Below are positions 57,303 to 64,000 of a DNA stretch of 64,000 nucleotides, piece by piece. The position numbers were made by a program, and so were the translations under genes. Each line of letters opens with the position of its first letter. The stretch's first letter is position 1. The DNA is taken from NCBI GenBank assembly GCA_963816185.1, contig CAWFJJ010000024.1, positions 576,001 through 640,000 on the forward strand, in the 5' to 3' direction. The stretch comes from Thermoanaerobaculia bacterium. Its GTDB lineage: Bacteria > Acidobacteriota > Thermoanaerobaculia > UBA5066. The notes beneath the pieces were generated by a model. That model searched no databases. It was not told the DNA's origin and saw only the letters and a list, made by a program, of their open reading frames with translations.

Positions 57303-59687
57303 ATGACACTCTCAGTGGGTGCTCGTCTAGGCCCTTATGAGATTCTCGCGCCACTCGGCGCGGGCGGCATGGGGGAGGTCTACAAGGCGAAGGACACGCG
57401 CCTCGACCGAGAAGTCGCGCTGAAGGTCCTGCCGGACGACCTCTTCGAAGACAAGGATCGCGTCGCGCGCTTCCAGCGCGAGGCGAAATCGCTTGCCTCG
57501 CTGAATCACCCCGGCATCGCCGCCGTTCATTCCTTCGAAGAGGTCTCCGGGCGTCATGTTCTCGTCATGGAGCTGCTCGAGGGGGAGACTCTGCGTGAGC
57601 GACTCTCCGGGGGCGCGATCCCGGTCCGGAGGGCCGTTGCGTACGGTGTGCAGATCGCGCGGGGCCTCGCCGCCGCGCACGAGCGGGGAATTGTTCACCG
57701 CGACCTCAAGCCCGAAAACCTCTTCGTGACGAAGGACGAGCGCGTCAAGATCCTGGATTTCGGCCTCGCCAAGAAGACGAGCCGGGCGACGGACGGCGCG
57801 GAAAGCACGAAATCACCGACGCTGACGGCGGGAACGGAAGCGGGCGTCGTCCTGGGCACGGTCGGCTACATGTCGCCCGAACAGGTGCGGGGAGAGAGCG
57901 TCGATTTTCGCTCCGACATCTTCTCCCTAGGCGCGATCCTCTACGAGATGTTGTCGGGCAGGCGCGCGTTCCGGGGCGCCTCGAACGCGGACACGCTCAG
58001 CGCGATCCTGAAGGAGGAGACGGCGGACCTCACGGCGTCGAACCCGGAGATCCCACCTTCGGTGGCCCGGGTGATCCGCCACTGTCTCGAAAAGAGTCCG
58101 CAAGTGCGTTTCCACTCCGCCAGCGATGTCGCTTTCGCCCTCGAGGAGGCGTCGGGCACGGAAGCCGAGGCACGGCCGGCCGCCGCCGCGCCGGGGCGCA
58201 CGCGCACGCGCCGGTTCGTTGCCACGGGAGCCGTGGTCCTGACCGTCCTCGCGATTCTCGCGATCGCCGCCGGGAAGTTCCGCAAGCCACCTCCGGGCGG
58301 CGCCGCCGGCGGCATCCAGTCGATCGCGGTCCTGCCGCTCGAGAACTTCTCCCGAGACGCCGAACAGGAGTACTTCGCCGACGGCATGACGGAGGAGCTG
58401 ATCACGGATCTCGCCCAGATCCGGTCTCTGCGCGTGATCTCGCGAACCTCGTCGATGGCGTACAAGGGGACGAAGAAGAAGATCCCGGAAATCGGGCGGG
58501 AGTTGAACGTCGACGCGGTGCTGGAAGGCTCCGTCCAACGGAGCGGTCCGCGTGTACGCGTGACCGCGCAGCTCATCCGCGCCTCCACGGACCAGCATCT
58601 CTGGGCCCGTAGCTACGAGCGGGATCTGAGCGATGTCCTCGGCCTCCAGAGCGAGATCGCGGCGGCCGTGGCCCACGAAGTTCAGGCCGCACTGACTCCC
58701 GAGGAAAAGATGCGCCTGACTCAGGCGAGGTCCATCGACCCGGAAGCGCACGAGCTCTACCTGAAGGGCCGTTTCCACTGGAACAAGGGGACAGAGGGCG
58801 ACCTCGTCGCGGCGATCCGGGACTTCGAGAGCGCGCTGGCGAAGGACCCCGGCTACGCCCCGGCCTGGGCCGGCATTGCGGACTCCTACGTCTCCCTTTC
58901 GGACGTCTACCGACCCCCCTACGAAACGATGCCCAAGGCGAAGGCGGCCGCCACGAAGGCTCTGCAGCTTGACGAGACGCTGGCCGATGCGCACGTCTCG
59001 CTCGCCAATATTCAGCTCAACTACGACCGGGACTGGGCCGCCACCCAGCGCGAGGCCCGGCGTGCTCTGGAGCTGAATCCGAACTCGGCGGGCGCGCACG
59101 ACATCCTCGGCCTCTATTTCACCGTTATCGGACGCGCGGCAGAGAGCGCGGCCGAGGCTGCGCGTGCGTTGGAGCTCGATCCCCTCTCCGTCACGTTCAC
59201 CTCCGACGCCGGCTGGGGCCGGCTCGCGGCGCGCGATTACGACAAGGCCATCGAGTTCTTTCACAAGGCGGTGGAGATCGAGCCCGGCTTCGGCTTCGCC
59301 CACGAGAGCTTGGCGATCGCTTACGTCCAGAAGCGCATGTGCCCCGAGGCGATCGCCGACGCCGAAAAAGGGACGAAGGCGGACGACAGCCCCTTCGTGT
59401 TCGCCACGTCCGGGGGGGTCTACGCGGCCTGTGGCAAGAGCGACAGGGCGCGGGAAGTCCTGGACAAACTCGCCGGACCTTACCGGGACCGGTACGTCTG
59501 CCCGTACGAGATCGCCATCATCCACATCGGCCTTGGTGAGAAGGACGCAGCTTTCCGGTCATTCGAGAAAGCGCTGCAAGACCGGTCCATCTGCGTCCCG
59601 TTCCTCAAGGTCGATCCGCGTCTCGACCCCATCCGCTCCGACCCCCGATACCTCGACCTCGTGCGGCGCCTCGCGTTCCCGACCTGA
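57303..59687 (+). CDS. Ser/Thr kinase with TolB_N/FlgO-like domain and TPRs
   Basis: Kinase motifs; SIAVLPLENFS...YFADGMTEELI...LRVISRTS; TPRs; DPRLDPIRSDPRY tail. Confidence 0.93.
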   Translation: MTLSVGARLGPYEILAPLGAGGMGEVYKAKDTRLDREVALKVLPDDLFEDKDRVARFQREAKSLASLNHPGIAAVHSFEEVSGRHVLVMELLEGETLRERLSGGAIPVRRAVAYGVQIARGLAAAHERGIVHRDLKPENLFVTKDERVKILDFGLAKKTSRATDGAESTKSPTLTAGTEAGVVLGTVGYMSPEQVRGESVDFRSDIFSLGAILYEMLSGRRAFRGASNADTLSAILKEETADLTASNPEIPPSVARVIRHCLEKSPQVRFHSASDVAFALEEASGTEAEARPAAAAPGRTRTRRFVATGAVVLTVLAILAIAAGKFRKPPPGGAAGGIQSIAVLPLENFSRDAEQEYFADGMTEELITDLAQIRSLRVISRTSSMAYKGTKKKIPEIGRELNVDAVLEGSVQRSGPRVRVTAQLIRASTDQHLWARSYERDLSDVLGLQSEIAAAVAHEVQAALTPEEKMRLTQARSIDPEAHELYLKGRFHWNKGTEGDLVAAIRDFESALAKDPGYAPAWAGIADSYVSLSDVYRPPYETMPKAKAAATKALQLDETLADAHVSLANIQLNYDRDWAATQREARRALELNPNSAGAHDILGLYFTVIGRAAESAAEAARALELDPLSVTFTSDAGWGRLAARDYDKAIEFFHKAVEIEPGFGFAHESLAIAYVQKRMCPEAIADAEKGTKADDSPFVFATSGGVYAACGKSDRAREVLDKLAGPYRDRYVCPYEIAIIHIGLGEKDAAFRSFEKALQDRSICVPFLKVDPRLDPIRSDPRYLDLVRRLAFPT

Positions 59688-59968
59688 CAGGACAGCCGAC
59701 GTCGAGGTGGCGTCGTCCTGTCCGTGTGTGAAGCCGGGGAGCTGATTCTGGCAAATCTTGCGCGCGGGGGAGGACATTCATCCCTCGGACGTCGATTTCC
59801 GGACACCCCGCCGAAAAATCTGCGCGGGTGAGCGGGACAGGGCCCCTCAGAAGTGCCGTCTCTTCCCGGCTAAGTCATTCTTCAGCCTGAATCTCAGTCG
59901 CATTCTCACGCTTGGAGCGCTCGGTGGCACGAAGTCTGTAGTGGCGGAGGTTCGGGGGGCTCAAGCCC

Positions 59969-61102
59969 ATGAAAAAGCGGATGTTGATGACGTCATTCGT
60001 GTTGGCCGTTTTTCTGGCGGGCATCGGAACGCTGAAGTTTCGGCAGGTTCGGGCAGCGATCGCGAAGAACTCGTCGTTCCAGCCGCCTCCGGAGGCCGTG
60101 ACCACGATCGTCGCGCACACCGAAGAGTGGCCGGCGAACCTCGCGGCCATCGGAACCGCGGTCGCGGTTCAGGGTGTCACGGTCAGCGCGGACCTGCCCG
60201 GGATCGTCGACCAGATCAACGTCGAGTCCGGAAAGGCCGTACGGCAGGGCACCGTCCTCGTGCAATTGGACACGAAGCAGGAGCGGGCGCAACTGGCCGC
60301 CGCCGAGGCGCAGCTCAAGCTCGCGCGCCTCAGCTTCGACCGGCTGCGGCCGCTCAGGGACAAAGGCGTCGTCGCCCAGGCGGACTACGACAAGGCTGCG
60401 GCGGACCAGGCTCAGGCCGAGGCTCACGTCGGCGAGATCCGTGCCACGATCGAGCGGAAGACGATTCGCGCTCCGTTCTCGGGGATTCTCGGGATCCGTG
60501 AGGTGAACCTCGGGCAGTACCTGGCCGCCGGCGACAAGGTCGTGCCTCTTCAATCCCTCGATCCCATCTACGTGAACTTCTCTGTTCCGCAGCAGGAATT
60601 GGGCCGCGTGCGGCCCGGCGCGAGAGTGCGCGTCAGGACCCAGGCATCGGCTGGTCCTCCGGCCGAGCTCATGGGAAAGGTCACGGCGATCGACTCGGTC
60701 GTAAACGACGCCACGCGGAACGTCCAGGTCCAGGCCACGTTCGCGAACCCGAACGGGAAGCTGCGCCCGGGGATGTTCGTGGAAGCGAAAGCCCTTCTCG
60801 GCACGAGCAACAAGGTCATCTCGCTCCCGGCTTCCGCGATCAACTATGCGCCGTACGGCGACTCGGTGTTCGCCGTCGTGACCTTCGAGGCTCCCGATGG
60901 GAGACGCTTTCGAGGCGTCCAGCAGCAGTTCGTGAAGCTCGGCGCTTCGCGCGGCGACCAGGTCGCCGTCGTTTCGGGCATCAAGGACGGACAGGAAGTC
61001 GTGACTTCGGGCGTCTTCAAGCTTCGCAACGGCGCCGCGGTCCTGGTGAACAACAAGGTGCAACCGGCGGACAACCCATCTCCCAAGCCCGAGGACAGCT
61101 GA
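59969..61102 (+). CDS. RND efflux periplasmic adaptor (MexV/MexH-like)
   Basis: N-terminal anchor; IRAPFSGILG, TRNVQVQATF, LRPGMF. Confidence 0.92.
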   Translation: MKKRMLMTSFVLAVFLAGIGTLKFRQVRAAIAKNSSFQPPPEAVTTIVAHTEEWPANLAAIGTAVAVQGVTVSADLPGIVDQINVESGKAVRQGTVLVQLDTKQERAQLAAAEAQLKLARLSFDRLRPLRDKGVVAQADYDKAAADQAQAEAHVGEIRATIERKTIRAPFSGILGIREVNLGQYLAAGDKVVPLQSLDPIYVNFSVPQQELGRVRPGARVRVRTQASAGPPAELMGKVTAIDSVVNDATRNVQVQATFANPNGKLRPGMFVEAKALLGTSNKVISLPASAINYAPYGDSVFAVVTFEAPDGRRFRGVQQQFVKLGASRGDQVAVVSGIKDGQEVVTSGVFKLRNGAAVLVNNKVQPADNPSPKPEDS

Positions 61103-64000
61103 TGAAGTTCACCGACGTCTTCATCCGGCGGCCCGTTCTCGCGACCGTCGTGAGCCTCGTCATCTTCATCGCCGGATTGCAGGCGATCCGCTCTCTTTCC
61201 GTGAGGCAGTTCCCGCGCAGCGACATCGCGGTCGTCAAGGTGACGACGGCGTACGTCGGCGCCAACGCCGATCTCGTGCGCGGCTTCATCACGACGCCGC
61301 TCGAGCGCGTGATCGCGAGCGCGGACGGGATCGATTACCTGGAGTCCTCGAGCGCGCAGGGCGTCAGCACGATCACGGTTCACCTGAAGCTGAACTACGA
61401 CACGAACGCGGCCCTCACGCAGATCCAGGCGAAGGTGGCTCAGGTCCGGAACGACCTCCCCCCGGAGTCGCAGGCGCCGGTGATCGAGCTCGAGACCGCC
61501 GATACGCAGTTCGCTGCGATGTACATCGGGTTCTCCTCGGCGGATCTGGACCAGAACCAGATCACCGACTACCTGACGCGCGTCGTCCAGCCCAAGCTCT
61601 CCGCGATCAGCGGCGTGCAGCGCGCCGACATCCTCGGCAGCCGCAACTTCGCGATGCGGATCTGGCTGAAGCCCGAGAAGATGGCCGCGGTGGGCCTGTC
61701 TCCGGCCCAGGTGAGGGACGCGCTGGCGAACAACAATGCGCTGGCGGCGCTCGGACGGACGAAGGGCTCGATGGTGTCCGTGAATCTGGTCGCGAACACG
61801 AACCTCCAGACGGCCGAGGAGTTCCGCAACCTCGTCGTCAAGGAGGACAAAGGCGTCATCGTGAAGCTCGGCGAGATCGCCGACGTCGAGCTCGGCGCCG
61901 AGGACTACGAGTCGGACGTCCGCTTCAACGGGCAAAGCGCTACCTTCATGGGCGTGTGGGTGCTGCCGACGGCGAACTCACTCGACGTGATCAGGAGAGT
62001 CCGCGAGGCGATCCCCGACATCCAGGCGCAGCTCCCGGTCGGGATGAAGGTCGGGATTCCCTACGACTCGACGGCGTACATCCAGGACGCCATCAACGAA
62101 GTCCTCAAGACACTGTCGGAAACGCTCCTGATCGTCATCGTCGTCATTTTCCTCTTCCTGGGCTCGTTCCGCTCCGTGCTCATCCCGGTCGTCGCGATTC
62201 CGGTTTCGCTCGTGGGCGCGGTCTTTTTGATGCTCGTTGCCGGCTTCACGATCAACCTCCTGACGCTCCTCGCGATCGTGCTTTCGGTGGGCCTCGTCGT
62301 GGACGACGCCATCGTCATGGTGGAGAACGTGGAGCGCCACCTTCGGCTGGGGCAACGTCCGTTCGACGCGGCGATCGCCGCGGCGCGCGAGCTCGTCGGG
62401 CCCATCATCGCGATGACGATCACGCTCGCGGCCGTGTACGCGCCCATCGGCATCCAGGGCGGGCTGACCGGTGCGCTCTTCCGGGAGTTCGCGTTCACGC
62501 TCGCGGGCGCGGTGATCGTTTCCGGCGTCGTGGCGCTCACGCTCTCGCCGATGATGGGCTCCAAGCTCCTCAAGGCCGGCGCCTCCGAGCGCGGCTTCGC
62601 CGGAATGATCAACCGGCACTTCGACTGGGTCCGGAGTACTTACGCGCGCCTCCTGGCGGGGACGCTGCAATACCGGCCGGTCGTCTTCGTGCTGTGGGCC
62701 GTCGTCACGGTGCTGATCGTCCCCTTCTACCTCTTTTCGCAGAAGGAGCTGGCGCCGAAGGAGGACCAGAGCGTCGTCTTCGGAATCATCCAGGCGGCGC
62801 CGAACGCGACGATCGACCAGACGAAGCTCTTCGCGTCGCAGGTTCACGACGTCTACCGGTCGTTCCCGGAGGCCGAGAGCATCTTCCAGATCACGTCCCC
62901 GACGGGCGGGTTCGGGGGAATGGTCACGAAGCCCTGGAGTGCGAGAAAGAAGAGCACCGAGCAGCTTCAACTCGAGTCGGCGGGTCTGCTCTCGAAAATC
63001 CCCGGGGTGCGCGTGATCTCTCTGATCCCGCCGGCGCTGCCGGGCGGCGGCGACTTCCCCGTGGACCTCGTCATCGCGTCGACCGCCGAGCCGGAACGGC
63101 TGACGGAGTTCGCGAACAAGCTCGTGGCGAAGGCGTTTCAAAGCGGTCTTTTCATGTTCGCCGACGCGGATCTGAAGTTCGACCAGCCGCAGGCGGAAGT
63201 GGTCTTCGACCGCGACAAGCTGAGGGCCCAGGGGGTCGACCTGAGCGAGGCCGGCAAGGACCTCTCGACTCTTCTCAGCGGCGATTATGTCAACCGCTTC
63301 GGCATTCAGGGACGCAGCTACAAGGTCATTCCGCAGATCAAGCGGGCCGACCGCCTGACGCCCGAGCAGCTCCGGCAGGTCTACGTCACCGGAGCGGACA
63401 AGAAGCTCGTGCCGCTGTCGACCTTCGCCACGCTGAAGACGACGACCGAGCCGCGGGAGCTCAAGAGATTCCAGCAGCTCAACGCCGTGCGCATCCAGGG
63501 CGTCATCCCTCCGGGCGTTCCACTGGACAACGCCCTGCGGGTCCTCGAGGACGAGGCCCATCGCATCCTGCCGAAGGGCTTCACGATCGACTACGCCGGC
63601 GAATCGCGACAGCTTCGCACCGAGGGAGGCAAGTTTCTCGGAACGTTCCTGCTCTCGGGAATCCTGATCTACCTCGTGCTCGCGGCGCAGTTCGAGAGCT
63701 TCCGCGATCCGTTCATCATCCTGGCGGGCTCGGTTCCGCTCGCGCTCTCGGGCTCCTTGCTGTTCTCTTTCCTCGGGCTGACGACCCTCAACATCTACAG
63801 CCAGGTCGGGCTCATCACGCTCGTCGGTCTCGTTTCGAAGAACGGGATCCTCATCGTGGAGTTCGCCAACAAGCTGCAGGAAACGGGGAAGGAGAAGCTG
63901 GAGGCGGTTGTCGAGGCGGCGAGCACGCGGCTCAGGCCGATCCTCATGACGACCGCCGCGACCGTGATGGGCCACCTCCCGCTCGTCTTCGCGCGAGGCC
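61102..64000 (+). CDS. RND efflux permease (AcrB/MexW-like), truncated by window end
   Basis: Manual translation from ATG 61102: MKFTDVFIRRPVLATVVSL...GLVVDDAIVMVEN...GLVSKNGILIVEFAN...RLRPILMTT. Confidence 0.93.
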   Translation, partial: MKFTDVFIRRPVLATVVSLVIFIAGLQAIRSLSVRQFPRSDIAVVKVTTAYVGANADLVRGFITTPLERVIASADGIDYLESSSAQGVSTITVHLKLNYDTNAALTQIQAKVAQVRNDLPPESQAPVIELETADTQFAAMYIGFSSADLDQNQITDYLTRVVQPKLSAISGVQRADILGSRNFAMRIWLKPEKMAAVGLSPAQVRDALANNNALAALGRTKGSMVSVNLVANTNLQTAEEFRNLVVKEDKGVIVKLGEIADVELGAEDYESDVRFNGQSATFMGVWVLPTANSLDVIRRVREAIPDIQAQLPVGMKVGIPYDSTAYIQDAINEVLKTLSETLLIVIVVIFLFLGSFRSVLIPVVAIPVSLVGAVFLMLVAGFTINLLTLLAIVLSVGLVVDDAIVMVENVERHLRLGQRPFDAAIAAARELVGPIIAMTITLAAVYAPIGIQGGLTGALFREFAFTLAGAVIVSGVVALTLSPMMGSKLLKAGASERGFAGMINRHFDWVRSTYARLLAGTLQYRPVVFVLWAVVTVLIVPFYLFSQKELAPKEDQSVVFGIIQAAPNATIDQTKLFASQVHDVYRSFPEAESIFQITSPTGGFGGMVTKPWSARKKSTEQLQLESAGLLSKIPGVRVISLIPPALPGGGDFPVDLVIASTAEPERLTEFANKLVAKAFQSGLFMFADADLKFDQPQAEVVFDRDKLRAQGVDLSEAGKDLSTLLSGDYVNRFGIQGRSYKVIPQIKRADRLTPEQLRQVYVTGADKKLVPLSTFATLKTTTEPRELKRFQQLNAVRIQGVIPPGVPLDNALRVLEDEAHRILPKGFTIDYAGESRQLRTEGGKFLGTFLLSGILIYLVLAAQFESFRDPFIILAGSVPLALSGSLLFSFLGLTTLNIYSQVGLITLVGLVSKNGILIVEFANKLQETGKEKLEAVVEAASTRLRPILMTTAATVMGHLPLVFARG

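Noticed and set aside
61978-63975. Long antisense ORFs (this one and those opposite the kinases)
   Set aside because: These are expected stop-poor shadows of high-GC3 genes with no protein motifs.
59969-64000. RND pump as the missing transporter for the three adaptors
   Set aside because: It has its own cognate MFP, is an ordinary MexVW-like pair and is separated from the locus by unrelated genes.

Overview
This is a high-GC bacterial window. Its gene content (expanded Ser/Thr kinase-PD40 receptors, an acidobacterial-type VWA protein) suggests Acidobacteriota, which is an inference. (1) 0-10.5 kb: a sigma-54 island with at least eight GG-N10-GC promoters, a conserved paired operator found three times, a hybrid histidine kinase, a degenerate HK-like phosphotransferase, an NtrC-type activator and a stand-alone copy of that activator's HTH. 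The promoters drive stress-type small and secreted proteins. (2) 10.6-26.6 kb: phospholipase D/cardiolipin synthase, Hsp20, acyltransferase, radical SAM/SPASM enzyme plus flavin halogenase-like enzyme, FGE-fold protein, and an ECF sigma/STK-TPR module. (3) 26.8-46.9 kb: a tandem array of seven mosaic kinase-TM-beta-propeller receptors, with a kinase stub and an inserted heme-binding gene. (4) 47.3-55.9 kb: the strongest candidate for a new system. A STAS gene, a GAF-GAF-HlyD fusion and an RRE/PqqD-like-M50 peptidase-HlyD fusion converge on a sigma-54-driven 145-aa peptide (leader plus eight 11-aa repeats). That peptide gene lies directly downstream of a PrsK/PrsR-like two-component pair and a third adaptor protein. 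(5) 56-64 kb: VWA protein, STK-TPR and an RND pump that runs off the window end. No rRNA, tRNA, CRISPR array or transposase was seen. All family calls come from motif recognition by eye, not database searches.
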